DNA from: Opitutales bacterium
GTDB taxonomy: Bacteria; Verrucomicrobiota; Verrucomicrobiia; Opitutales; PNEW01
DNA: 64,000 nt
Direction: 5' to 3'
NCBI GenBank assembly: GCA_965197745.1
Contig: CBDANS010000006.1
Span: 832,001 to 896,000 of the forward strand
This document shows, piece after piece, positions 40,425-50,573 of this stretch (positions are counted from its first letter, which is position 1; each line of letters begins with the position of its first letter). The notes below the pieces were generated by a model, which was not told the DNA's origin, ran no database searches, and saw only the letters and a program-made list of their open reading frames with translations. The translations under genes and the position numbers were made by a program.

Positions 40425-41195
40425 ATGTCAATTTCTAATAAACCGGGATTTATCATCGGCGGAGCCCCACGATGTGGAACTACCTGGCTGTATCATTTAT
40501 TGGAAAAGCATCCCGAGATCTTTATGGCAAAACCGATACAGCCGGAGCCAAAGTTTTTTCTCGTCGATGACCTCTATGCGCACGGAATTAATTTTTATCT
40601 TAGCAACTGGTTTTCTGACATCGGTAATGTTAAAATAGCGGGTGAAAAGAGCACAAACTATTTGGAAAGTGCGGCAACCGCGAAACGGATTCAAACGCAT
40701 TTTCCAGGAATAAAGCTTGTCTTTATCTTACGTGAACCTGCGGAACGGGCTTTTTCAAACTTTCAATGGTCACGTGTGAATGGCCTTGAAAATGAGGATT
40801 TTCCCAAGGCCCTGGAATTGGAAAGCGAACGCGAAAAACATTTGCCTGATGCTCTTCGTTTTTCCCGGCCCTATGCTTATTATTCCAGAGGGTTATACGC
40901 CAATATGCTTAAACCTTATTTCGACCTCTTCAGCCATGATAATATTCTATGTTTAAAATATGAGAATATTAAAGATTATCCCGAACACCTGGCTGAACAG
41001 TTGCACCGTTTTCTTGGCGTTGAAATACGCTCCATTGACTCACAAAATATCGGGGTAATAAATCCTTCGGTAGTTAAACCAAATAAAGAGTCGATACCTG
41101 ACAGTATCATTAAAAGATTAAAGGAGCGCTATACCGAGCCAAACGCCAGGTTGGCTCACCTCTTAGGTCCCGACTTCGAAATCTGGATGAATTAA
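40425..41195 (+). CDS. PAPS-dependent sulfotransferase
   Basis: 5'-PSB loop GAPRCGTTWL, GEKSTNY, 3'-PB LREPAERAFS and SRGLY motifs. Confidence 0.9.
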   Translation: MSISNKPGFIIGGAPRCGTTWLYHLLEKHPEIFMAKPIQPEPKFFLVDDLYAHGINFYLSNWFSDIGNVKIAGEKSTNYLESAATAKRIQTHFPGIKLVFILREPAERAFSNFQWSRVNGLENEDFPKALELESEREKHLPDALRFSRPYAYYSRGLYANMLKPYFDLFSHDNILCLKYENIKDYPEHLAEQLHRFLGVEIRSIDSQNIGVINPSVVKPNKESIPDSIIKRLKERYTEPNARLAHLLGPDFEIWMN

Positions 41196-41199
41196 TCTT

Positions 41200-42171
41200 A
41201 TGAGCCCCCATTCCGAAAAACCCTGTGTCTGCCTCCTTACCCCTGTTTACAATGAAGAGGATAATCTTCAGCGCTACGAAGAGGAAGTGAAGAAGGTCTT
41301 ATTGTCATCTAAGGTATATAATTTTAAGATCCTTTTAATTGATGACGGCAGTAAAGACAGAAGTTGGCAATTAATCCGTGAAATATGCTCACGGGATTCA
41401 AGATTTACAGGCATACGTCTTTCCCGAAATTTTGGTTCTCATATTGCGTTGAGCGCCGGCTTGGACCAGGTTGAGGGCGATGCTATTGGAATACTGGCCT
41501 GTGATCTTCAGGATCCTCCTGAAGTTATTCTCAGATTTCTTGAAAAATGGAGAGCGGGTGCAAAAATTGTTTGGGGGCGACGACAGACGAGAGATGATGG
41601 GTTCTTTCGCGTTTTAGCAAGTAATACTTTTTTCAGGTTGATCCGTCGATATGCGATGCCCCATGGTTCGAAATTTACGACGGGCAGCTTTCTTCTTATG
41701 GATAGACAAGTCGCAAAGTGTTTTCGCAGTTTTGAGGAGAGCAACCGCATCACATTCGCACTCGTAGCCTGGACTGGATTTGACCAGGAGGTTGTGAACT
41801 ATCACCGCAATCCACGGATTGCTGGCATCTCGGGGTGGAGTTTTGGCAGAATGCTCAAGACAATGTATGATGCTTTTATTGGATTTTCCTTCATGCCCGT
41901 GAAAATAATGACGATGACTGGAATTTCTGCGTTTCTGATAACCTTCATTCTCTCCATGTATTTATTGATATGCTGGTTCATGAAACAAACGATTCCAGGT
42001 TGGACCAGCCAGATGCTGGTATTGGCTTTCTTTTTTGGTGTCCAATTTTTATTGATGGGACTTATGGGCGAGTACCTATTCCGGATTTACGCGGAAGTAA
42101 TTCGACGACCCCTTTACTTTGTAAGCGATAAAATCAGTTCCGATGGCAGAGATAAAAACGATGCCAGTTGA
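41200..42171 (+). CDS. Polyprenyl-phosphate glycosyltransferase, GT2 (GtrB/ArnC/DPM1-like) with two C-terminal TM helices
   Basis: PVYNEE, DDGSKD, LSRNFG, DLQDPPE and a C-terminal MGEYLFRIY.E..RRPLY. Confidence 0.92.
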   Translation: MSPHSEKPCVCLLTPVYNEEDNLQRYEEEVKKVLLSSKVYNFKILLIDDGSKDRSWQLIREICSRDSRFTGIRLSRNFGSHIALSAGLDQVEGDAIGILACDLQDPPEVILRFLEKWRAGAKIVWGRRQTRDDGFFRVLASNTFFRLIRRYAMPHGSKFTTGSFLLMDRQVAKCFRSFEESNRITFALVAWTGFDQEVVNYHRNPRIAGISGWSFGRMLKTMYDAFIGFSFMPVKIMTMTGISAFLITFILSMYLLICWFMKQTIPGWTSQMLVLAFFFGVQFLLMGLMGEYLFRIYAEVIRRPLYFVSDKISSDGRDKNDAS

Positions 42172-43297
42172 AGAATTGACCACAGTCTCAGTTAAAAACC
42201 ATTCCAAGAGGCCCCATCTAGATTGGATTGATGGTGATTCTTTTATACTCCCGACCAGGTTGCTCGATAATCCCTTGCTGGTGGACCAGATAGATTCTAA
42301 TGGAACCTTAACGGTAACGGATGAAATTCCTGAAATTAGTCCTGAAGTTGCCACAACTTTACGACTGCATGCCTCCTTTAATGACCGCAAACCAGCATCC
42401 AGCCGTTTTCCCCTCTCCTACCAAATTGTTCCGCCGAGCGTTCGAATGATTCTGGCTTCTGCCATCGGTCGATGGAAACGCCACCAACAAGAACGGTGGG
42501 CAGCATTTCCTCGATGGCCAATAGACTTGAGCGCAGATTTCCTCGACGATTTGTTGAGCCCTTACCCTTCACCTTTTGCTCTTGGTCCAACCCCTGTTAT
42601 TTTATCCCATGACTTGGATTCACCTGAAGGATTGGAGAATGTAATTAAATTATTCCTGCCCATAGAAGAATCCGTTGGAGCTTGTTCAACTAATTTTATC
42701 GTACCCTGCAGTTGGTCCATAAATCATGATCTGTTAAATGAACTAAAGGATCGTGGACATACCCTTGGAATTCACGGCTATGACCATAGCAATACGACGG
42801 CGTTCTCAAATTCTGAAGATCGGAAAAAACGGCTTTATGCGGCACAGACCCTTATTGATGGTTACGCAATTAAAGGTTATCGCTCTCCTTCTCTTATACG
42901 CACACGAGAACTGATTAAAGACCTGGCGTCAATCTACAGCTATGACAGCAGTATTCCGACATCAGGTGGATTATTTCCCGTACCTAATAACGGATGCGCA
43001 AGCGCCCGCCCGTTCAACATTGAGGGAATTATTGAAATTCCACTAAGTATGCCAAGAGACGGGAGTTTGCGTTTTTTAGGTTACAGTCCAAACGATATTT
43101 TTGAAACATGGAAATCTTGCGCGGATATAATCTCCCGTTCGGGTGGCATTATATTTTTACTCACTCATTGTGAGTATCGCTTTTCCGGTAATCCATCTAT
43201 GCTTGAAGCATACCAAAATTTTCTACACTATATCAATGAATCCGATGCGTTTACCTGGAGCACACCCGCTGATATTCTGGAAAAATTCTGCGGTTGA
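42143..43297 (+). CDS. Polysaccharide deacetylase (CE4/NodB-like) domain protein
   Basis: LSHDLD, GIHGYDH, GYRSPSL and YDSS motifs. The true start may be 42161. Confidence 0.8.
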   Translation: MAEIKTMPVEELTTVSVKNHSKRPHLDWIDGDSFILPTRLLDNPLLVDQIDSNGTLTVTDEIPEISPEVATTLRLHASFNDRKPASSRFPLSYQIVPPSVRMILASAIGRWKRHQQERWAAFPRWPIDLSADFLDDLLSPYPSPFALGPTPVILSHDLDSPEGLENVIKLFLPIEESVGACSTNFIVPCSWSINHDLLNELKDRGHTLGIHGYDHSNTTAFSNSEDRKKRLYAAQTLIDGYAIKGYRSPSLIRTRELIKDLASIYSYDSSIPTSGGLFPVPNNGCASARPFNIEGIIEIPLSMPRDGSLRFLGYSPNDIFETWKSCADIISRSGGIIFLLTHCEYRFSGNPSMLEAYQNFLHYINESDAFTWSTPADILEKFCG

Positions 43298-43322
43298 TAG
43301 TGATTAATCGAAATTTCCACCT

Positions 43323-44045
43323 ATGGAAAATTTTATCGATACGGTTTATACAGCCAACCAAAAGCATCTCAACCGTTTTACCGATGTAATCTTACGCTAT
43401 TTTGATGAGGTCCATTCATTCCGCATACTCGATATTGGTTGTGGAACTGGAGAGCAATTATTTGCTTTGTCGGAAAATTTTAAAACCGCTTCATTTATCG
43501 GTGTTGATGTATCGGATCCGAATATTAAAATGGCCAAAGGAAAAGCTGAAAATATCTCCTCTCGTCAACAATTCAGCTTTATCAAAAGCGATTACTTAAA
43601 GCTCGGCATTGAACCCTGCCAACTCATTGTCTCAGACAGCACATTGCACCTCATAGCAGATCCCACACCGCGGTTGTTTACAAAGATTTCCGAAGATTTG
43701 ACCCCAGGGGGAATCCTCATATTTACCATGCCCTATATCTGCTTTTATAACAGTATTCTCGTCACTATCCGTCGTTTATGCCGACTCCTCCGCGGGAGAA
43801 TTACCGATAAAGTAATTTTTTTAATAGGAAAATTAATGCACGCCAACCGGCTCTCTGAAACCGAACTAAGACAACGGGTTCAGTATATGTATCTATTACC
43901 TTATCGTTATCTCTCTGCCCCATTTATTGAAGAACTGAAAAATGAACATTGTTTAGAGTTAATCGATGATACCTCAATAACCCATGAAAGTCTGGCGCAA
44001 CCCAAACACCGAATGGTCGTTTTTCGCAAAAGTAAACCACAATGA
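43323..44045 (+). CDS. Class I SAM-dependent methyltransferase
   Basis: ILDIGCGTG, GVDVS and LTPGGILI motifs. Confidence 0.88.
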   Translation: MENFIDTVYTANQKHLNRFTDVILRYFDEVHSFRILDIGCGTGEQLFALSENFKTASFIGVDVSDPNIKMAKGKAENISSRQQFSFIKSDYLKLGIEPCQLIVSDSTLHLIADPTPRLFTKISEDLTPGGILIFTMPYICFYNSILVTIRRLCRLLRGRITDKVIFLIGKLMHANRLSETELRQRVQYMYLLPYRYLSAPFIEELKNEHCLELIDDTSITHESLAQPKHRMVVFRKSKPQ

Positions 44046-45013
44046 AATGGGTTCAGATCCTTAAATTGTCTGTTAGTTTAAGCCTCCTTGCGGTGGCTTT
44101 TTATCTATTAGATTGGACTAAGCTTTTTGCTGCGGTTAAAGAAATCACCCCGTGGATTTTTATCTGGGCAGTTTTTATTTCTATCCTTGTTAATGGGGTT
44201 CTTGCTATACGTTGGCATCAATTAACATTAAAAATTGCATCCCTGCCATTGCTCGAAAATTTCAAACATTATTTCTATGGCAGTTTTCTAAATTTTTTCA
44301 CTCCTGCTAACATTGGGGGTGATGCTTACAGGTTGATTGCTTTAAAGCGCCATGTTCCGAGAAGCTTTGTAATTATAACAACCTTACTCCGAGAAAGATA
44401 TCTTGGATTGCTCTCATTTTTTATCGGCTTTATCTTTTGTTTTGGCAGCTTATTTATTTTCAACACCTCATCTTTGATCACGGTAAAGAAAATATATTAT
44501 TATACTGGCTGCATCGTTGCCCTTGGCACCGCCGGCCTCATCTTTACTTCACCTATTATTACCGCCATTACGCAATTTAAACGCATTCGTTCACGTGAAC
44601 GTGTAGTAAATATCTTAAATGGTTTTCGTGATGCCGCTCATTTTGATTCGTTAGCCGATTTTTTAAAACTTATGGGTTTGTCCTTGGTCGCCCTATTCGG
44701 TTGGCTCATTACTGTTGGTATTGTAGGGGTCGATTTAGGAATGGAAATTTCCTGGTTTTATTTAGGAGCCACGGTAATACTCGTTGAGTTAGCGCGCCTC
44801 ATCCCTATCAGCATTCAAGGGATAGGGGTGCGAGAAGGTATGTATGCCTATCTTTTCACCGCTTCGGCGCAGGGCCCTGAGACTGGATTTATGCTTGGAA
44901 CCATAAGTTATTTAGCATTAAGTTTATCTTTACTTATAAGTGGATTGATAGGTTGGTTATTGATGTATTTCATTCCCGCTCAAGAAGGAGACAAAACCCA
45001 AATTAATCAATAG
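44042..45013 (+). CDS. UPF0104 / lysylphosphatidylglycerol-synthase-TM family putative flippase
   Basis: RW...FLNFFTPANIGGDAYR and IPISIQGIGVREG motifs, about 8 TM segments. Confidence 0.88.
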   Translation: MKWVQILKLSVSLSLLAVAFYLLDWTKLFAAVKEITPWIFIWAVFISILVNGVLAIRWHQLTLKIASLPLLENFKHYFYGSFLNFFTPANIGGDAYRLIALKRHVPRSFVIITTLLRERYLGLLSFFIGFIFCFGSLFIFNTSSLITVKKIYYYTGCIVALGTAGLIFTSPIITAITQFKRIRSRERVVNILNGFRDAAHFDSLADFLKLMGLSLVALFGWLITVGIVGVDLGMEISWFYLGATVILVELARLIPISIQGIGVREGMYAYLFTASAQGPETGFMLGTISYLALSLSLLISGLIGWLLMYFIPAQEGDKTQINQ

Positions 45014-45076
45014 CCTCTGATTGTCGAATATGAGATGTTACCACCTTACGCCGCTGAATAAACCCAATCGTTACAG

Positions 45077-46069
45077 ATGAAAGATCCCCAAAACCTGGTT
45101 ACCGGTGGAGCTGGTTTCATCGGCTCTGAATTGACCCGCCAGTTATCTATGCGCGGTGAAACCGTTAGAGTGATTGATAACCTGGCAACCGGAAGAGCTG
45201 AAAATATAGCAGACTTGCCTCATGATCAAGTTGAGCTTGAAATTGCCGACATACGCGACGAGGCGAAAATGACGCAGCTCATGAAAGGTGTCGACCGGGT
45301 ATTTCACCTCGCCTGTCTTGGTGTCCGTCATTCAATTCATTCACCTGATGAAAACCATGAAGTAAACGCTAAAGGCGCATTAAATCTATTGAAGGCTGCG
45401 AAAGATTCCCAGGTAAAACAATTTATCTGTGTCTCAAGTTCAGAAGTCTACGGGACCGCTTTACACGTTCCCATGAAGGAGGACCATCCTACTTTTCCCA
45501 TGACTGTCTATGGGGCAGCAAAACTGGCAGGAGAAGGATACGCTCGAGCTTTTTATCGCACCTATGGGTTTCCTGCTGTGGTGGTACGACCCTTCAATAC
45601 ATACGGACCCTGCTGTCACCATGAAGGAGACAGCGGAGAAGTGATACCAAAGTTTATGCTTCGATGCATGGCCGCCCAACCTATGGTTATATTCGGCGAT
45701 GGAAAACAGACGCGGGACTTTATCCAGGTCAGGGATACAGCAAGAGGAATTATCGCTATTGGTCTCTCGGATTATACCCTGGGGCACACCATAAACCTCG
45801 GCTATGGAAAGGAAATTTCGATCAATGAATTAGCACGTGAGATTGCCACCTGTGTCGGCACGATCGATAATCCTGTGATCACCGAGGCTCCTCGACCCGG
45901 TGATACATTGCGGCTGTTTTCAGACAATAGTTTGCTGGAAAAACTCACAAGTTTTACCCCTGAAATAACCCTGAATGAAGGTTTAACCGACTTAAAGAAC
46001 TGGTATGCCAAATCAGGTAAATCACCGGAGGACTTACTTGAGGAGGAAAAAATTCACAACTGGATGTAG
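45077..46069 (+). CDS. NAD-dependent NDP-sugar epimerase/dehydratase
   Basis: TGGAGFIG, SSSEVYG, YGAAK, RPFNTYGP and GDGKQTRDF motifs. Confidence 0.92.
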   Translation: MKDPQNLVTGGAGFIGSELTRQLSMRGETVRVIDNLATGRAENIADLPHDQVELEIADIRDEAKMTQLMKGVDRVFHLACLGVRHSIHSPDENHEVNAKGALNLLKAAKDSQVKQFICVSSSEVYGTALHVPMKEDHPTFPMTVYGAAKLAGEGYARAFYRTYGFPAVVVRPFNTYGPCCHHEGDSGEVIPKFMLRCMAAQPMVIFGDGKQTRDFIQVRDTARGIIAIGLSDYTLGHTINLGYGKEISINELAREIATCVGTIDNPVITEAPRPGDTLRLFSDNSLLEKLTSFTPEITLNEGLTDLKNWYAKSGKSPEDLLEEEKIHNWM

Positions 46070-46091
46070 CCAATTACCACCTTCAATTATT

Positions 46092-47300
46092 ATGTCGACA
46101 GCAGGTAAACTCATTCCCGTAGCGAAACCCTGGTTGGATGAAGCCGAAGTGCAGGCCGCGGCAAGGCCCATTCTTTCCGGATGGGTCACCCAGGGTCCGG
46201 AAGTAGCTGCTTTCGAAGATGAATTTGCCGATTATGTCGGAGCCAGACATGCCTGTGCCGTCTCCAGTTGTACCACGGCATTACATCTTGCCCTTTTAGT
46301 TGCCGGGGTAAAACCAGGTGACGAAGTAATCACCGTCAGCCATTCCTATATAGCTTCCGCAAACAGCATAACTTATTGCGGGGCAACGCCCGTTTTCATC
46401 GATATTCAACCAGAAACTTTTAATATTGACCCGACGAAAATTAAAGCAGCGATAACTGAGAAAACACGCGCCCTACTCTGCATTCATCAAATGGGTATGC
46501 CGTGTGATTTACCTGCAGTTACGACCATTGCCGAAGCCCATAATCTTCCCGTAATAGAAGACGCCGCCTGCGCCATAGGGAGTGAAATCCATGTTAATGG
46601 GAAATGGGAGAAAATCGGTAAACCTCATGGTGATATCACTTGTTTCTCTTTTCATCCACGAAAACTAATCACCACCGGCGACGGGGGCATGCTTACAACC
46701 TCAAATGAGGAATGGGATAAGCAATTTCGCCTTCTGCGACAACACGGTATGAGCGTATCCGACACACAACGCCATCAAGCAGATGAAGTGATTTATGAAA
46801 GTTATCCTATCCTGGGCTATAATTACCGTATGACCGACATTCAAGCAGCCATCGGCCGGGAACAGCTTAATCGACTCATTGAGATAATCAACCGCCGGCG
46901 TAAACTTGCCGATGTCTACTTTAAATCGTTGAATGACATCCCCGGTCTTATTTTACCATCTGAACCTGAATGGGCTCATAGCAATTGGCAGAGTTTTTGT
47001 GTGCGCCTTCCCGCTCACACCAATCAAAGGGAGGTGATGCAGAAGATGTTGAATGAAGGGGTCGCCACACGCCGGGGTGTTATGTGTGTACACCGCGAAT
47101 CTTTTTATTCCTCAGGGCAAGGGATGCTTGAATCAAGGGGCAACGAGGCGATCAGGAATGCGGACAGTGACTGTCTTAACTTAAGCGAAAGTGAAAAAGC
47201 GCAGGATACAACAATTGTCTTGCCCCTTTATCACCAGATAACTCCTCAAGAACAAGAGCAAGTCATGTCCACCCTCCGAAAAGTATTGGCAGAAATTTAA
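46092..47300 (+). CDS. Second DegT/DnrJ/EryC1/StrS aminotransferase
   Basis: WVTQGP, SSCTTALH, EDAACAIG, FSFHPRKLITTGDGG and GYNYRMTD motifs. The start is placed at MSTAGK. Confidence 0.93.
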   Translation: MSTAGKLIPVAKPWLDEAEVQAAARPILSGWVTQGPEVAAFEDEFADYVGARHACAVSSCTTALHLALLVAGVKPGDEVITVSHSYIASANSITYCGATPVFIDIQPETFNIDPTKIKAAITEKTRALLCIHQMGMPCDLPAVTTIAEAHNLPVIEDAACAIGSEIHVNGKWEKIGKPHGDITCFSFHPRKLITTGDGGMLTTSNEEWDKQFRLLRQHGMSVSDTQRHQADEVIYESYPILGYNYRMTDIQAAIGREQLNRLIEIINRRRKLADVYFKSLNDIPGLILPSEPEWAHSNWQSFCVRLPAHTNQREVMQKMLNEGVATRRGVMCVHRESFYSSGQGMLESRGNEAIRNADSDCLNLSESEKAQDTTIVLPLYHQITPQEQEQVMSTLRKVLAEI

Positions 47301-47317
47301 ATTTTAATTCCCGCGAT

Positions 47318-48598
47318 TCAACTCGCTGTCTTTCTCGATGCTCCGTCTTTAATTGAGCGGAGAAGAGAATCCCATTTGCTTACGAGGTCGGGTTTAAGCA
47401 ATAACACCGCAACCCATATAAATAAGCTCATGACGATCCATGATAATCCATTTTTGAAAACAAATATATACGTAAGGTCCCTGATCAGCCAGACGCGCTG
47501 CTCGGGAACAAAATGGATAAATAAATAAACGGTTTCACTCCACATATAAATAAAAAGCAAAATGAGTAAACCCCGGGCGCTAACCTTAATTTGTTTTGAT
47601 ACCTTATAATGTTTTGCCACATCAAAAAGATAGGGAAACGTAAAGAGTAAGAAGATTGACCGATAATCGTAATTGCTGAGAGCAAAAAAACAGAAAGTAA
47701 TAATTGATACACCGAGGATAAAATAATTTACATTTAAGTTGGAAGTAACGGGAAGGGTAATTTTGGATTTAGTGATGATGAGAATACTGCCACAGGCGAT
47801 TATTACGATGCCGAGAAGGACGAAAATTTTGGTCGTCCCCGCATCAAATTTTAAAAAATGAAATACCAGTTTTGCTCCATAGGTATAGAAATCAATGGGC
47901 GCTGGAACGGTCTTCGTTATCAGCGCCAAATCATCCAGGTAAATTATAATATATCCGGTAATGGCGACGGCGGCTAAAAAATAAAGCCAGCACAGCCTTC
48001 GGATTTCATGAATCTTCCGTATAAAAAGGGCAAACTCCATTACCGGATAATATTTCAGCCCTGTTGCAAAAAAACAAAGGAACCAGGCCAGGGGAATGGC
48101 TGCTCGTGAACGCCATTCAAAGAGGAGAGGGACAAATAAAACGATAATAAATAAAATGATGTCTACGTTACCCCGCTCCATCGCCAACATCACTCCGGGC
48201 GAGCATATTGCTCCAAAACCCGCGAGCACTTCAACCCACGATCTGGGCTTTAATAAAAGCAGGGCGAGAATGAGAAAAGTGCTGTTCATAATCATAGCCA
48301 CCACACTTACGTGATTCGTGTTCAGGCCCATATGACCAAAAATGGAATACCACCACATGGGATATGAAGGTGTCCCCCTGCCCAATGGATCCAGAGGATT
48401 GGAAATCATGCGCCTGACATCCCAACCGAGCATATGCCCTTCAGTATGAGCGAGGACACAATGCATATCGAGAAACGGATAATCAAGATAGTGGGGACCG
48501 ATGATTAATCTCCACAGATTGGGAAAGAAGAGTAAATTTATCCAGCACCCAACTACCAGACCGACCATTAAAATAAACTGGATTTCACTTCGTTTCAT
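47318..48598 (-). CDS. Multi-pass membrane protein, GT-C fold (GT87/DUF2029-like) putative glycosyltransferase
   Basis: PFLD, YP motif in the first periplasmic loop, ERGNVD, LKYYP and NYDYR, with about 10 TM segments. Confidence 0.65.
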   Translation of the reverse strand: MKRSEIQFILMVGLVVGCWINLLFFPNLWRLIIGPHYLDYPFLDMHCVLAHTEGHMLGWDVRRMISNPLDPLGRGTPSYPMWWYSIFGHMGLNTNHVSVVAMIMNSTFLILALLLLKPRSWVEVLAGFGAICSPGVMLAMERGNVDIILFIIVLFVPLLFEWRSRAAIPLAWFLCFFATGLKYYPVMEFALFIRKIHEIRRLCWLYFLAAVAITGYIIIYLDDLALITKTVPAPIDFYTYGAKLVFHFLKFDAGTTKIFVLLGIVIIACGSILIITKSKITLPVTSNLNVNYFILGVSIITFCFFALSNYDYRSIFLLFTFPYLFDVAKHYKVSKQIKVSARGLLILLFIYMWSETVYLFIHFVPEQRVWLIRDLTYIFVFKNGLSWIVMSLFIWVAVLLLKPDLVSKWDSLLRSIKDGASRKTAS

Positions 48599-48667
48599 CT
48601 ATGATTCCGAATCCTTCAGGAATTATCATCACCCCTTCACGTATTGAGTTAATTTATGGAGTAATCT

Positions 48668-50512
48668 TTAAGGGAGCATTCGTAAGACATGGGTCATATA
48701 CGCTTCATCGGACTCAAATGTCGTCGGTTCCTCCCACTCTTCACCCAATTTTTCATAGACCGCGATTTCTTCCTTTAATGCCGCGTCCTCCACTCCAATA
48801 ATACGACTCAGGCGTGAGACCATATGAGGGCGCATTCGCATTTCATCGATGAGTTCCAATTCCACGCCTTCGTGAAGTTTTCTCCCAGCTGGAACTTCTT
48901 CTAAAGTTTCAGGGTCAATTTGAAACCTCTGCAAGACTAAGATCTGTGAATATATTCTTTTATTTAAGGTAAATTGCAGTTGTCGAAGATGCCTGTTTAA
49001 AAAATAAATCGGGGTGCTGGCACGGTTATGACATATCATCGGCAGCGATGATTCAGCGATGATAAGCGTATTTTCTGTAGTATTTGAACGAATATAATCC
49101 ATGGCCCAGTCGACTTCGCGGCTGGAGACGTACCCATTGGTAATTTCGTGTTGAGCATTAACGGGCCCAATGAAAGCAATTATATAAAGCGGTAAAGAGA
49201 CGAAAATGACGTTCGGCAATCGCCGGGTTTTCATAAATTCTTTTAATACAAATACTATACTTAATATAAAAAATAAATGGAGGGGGAGAGACAATCTGGA
49301 AGCCATCGGATCATCGAGCTGCCCCCAGTGATAAGTCATTAGAAGAAACAGGTTCACGAACATGGCAATCATCGTGGAATAAAAAATTAGATGAGGACCG
49401 GGTCTGGAGAAAATCTCCCGCATATGCTTCAGCCCATAGACGGTCATAAATATAACACTCGTCACTCCCAAAAGTGAAAGGAAGAAAGAGTTAGTCCAAT
49501 CATCTTCGAAATTAAAGAGGTAATAAATCGCCCTTTGCAGATTAGGAATGAAATTATCCAGAGAGAAAACCATCCCTCCGGGATCTCTCACCTGCCAGAA
49601 TCCCCGGTCAGCGAGGAAGACCTGATTAACGACTAATGGAGGAAGTAAAAGCAAAGGTGAAAAAGCAGAAAACCAGTTCATGCTGACCTTACGCTTTGCT
49701 ATCCAATTAACGAGAACGATTGTTGCTAAAACCAGGATAAAGAGGATTGATTCATATCGTGTTTGTGCCAGTAAAACGGTTGTTAATATAAAAATACTCA
49801 GGCCTTCATTATTATCTCTTTTCAAGTAATACCATGCCGCATGCATGAATATGAGGATCATGCATATATTCATTATTTCAAATCCACCACCTGTGGCATT
49901 CTGAGCGACGAGGGGAATGGCGGTAAGCAGTAAAACCCCCAGGATGCCATATCGCTCACCTCCTATCCGGTAACACCACGAATAAATTAAGGTGGATAAA
50001 AGAAGGGTTATTATTCCATTAAGAATTAAAGCATTCTCTGGTCGATAGCCCGTAAGGTCATGGAAAAGCGAAAGGATGAAGGAAAAAAAATAGGGTCTTT
50101 TATCAACAAAACCCTGCTGTAAATGAAGATGTCCATTAATGTAGTGCGCTCTCCCGGTTACCGAAACTTCACGTTCGGTATGCATTCTCAGCGAATTTGA
50201 TAAAAGAACATATTCATCATAGAGTATTTTAAAGCGATGCGGTTCATGAAGGTGCAAAAAAACAGTACAGAGCAATAGGGTAAGGATCCCCCATCGATGC
50301 CGGCACCAGGATAAATTTCTTCGCCACTCCTTTTTCACCATCCCTGTCAATAACCATGCGAATGCTAAAGCAGTTGCGAGAATGGCCCAATAACCTAGAT
50401 GTCTGGTTATCCAAATAGCCTGCTTCTGACTTATAAGGATAAAGGTGAAAAAAAGTGTAGAGAGAGACGAAAGGGTAAGGACTGATATTTTAAGAAATAA
50501 TGGCCTGACCAT
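48668..50512 (-). CDS. GT-C (ArnT/PMT, GT39/83-like) membrane glycosyltransferase immediately downstream of the pilin
   Basis: YDE motif in the first periplasmic loop, KRPYFFS, GFE and QTRYE motifs, about 12 TM segments, and a soluble C-terminal domain. Confidence 0.7.
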   Translation of the reverse strand: MVRPLFLKISVLTLSSLSTLFFTFILISQKQAIWITRHLGYWAILATALAFAWLLTGMVKKEWRRNLSWCRHRWGILTLLLCTVFLHLHEPHRFKILYDEYVLLSNSLRMHTEREVSVTGRAHYINGHLHLQQGFVDKRPYFFSFILSLFHDLTGYRPENALILNGIITLLLSTLIYSWCYRIGGERYGILGVLLLTAIPLVAQNATGGGFEIMNICMILIFMHAAWYYLKRDNNEGLSIFILTTVLLAQTRYESILFILVLATIVLVNWIAKRKVSMNWFSAFSPLLLLPPLVVNQVFLADRGFWQVRDPGGMVFSLDNFIPNLQRAIYYLFNFEDDWTNSFFLSLLGVTSVIFMTVYGLKHMREIFSRPGPHLIFYSTMIAMFVNLFLLMTYHWGQLDDPMASRLSLPLHLFFILSIVFVLKEFMKTRRLPNVIFVSLPLYIIAFIGPVNAQHEITNGYVSSREVDWAMDYIRSNTTENTLIIAESSLPMICHNRASTPIYFLNRHLRQLQFTLNKRIYSQILVLQRFQIDPETLEEVPAGRKLHEGVELELIDEMRMRPHMVSRLSRIIGVEDAALKEEIAVYEKLGEEWEEPTTFESDEAYMTHVLRMLP

Positions 50513-50522
50513 TTAAACATAA

Positions 50523-50554
50523 AAATACCGCCCAGTACATACTAGGCGGTATTT
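50523..50554 (-). terminator. Intrinsic terminator after the pilin gene
   Basis: The minus strand reads aaataccgcctagta-tg-tactgggcggtattttt (stem with one G-U pair, then a U-run), between the pilin and the GT-C gene. Confidence 0.75.
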
Positions 50555-50573
50555 AATTTAAATTTTAATTAAC

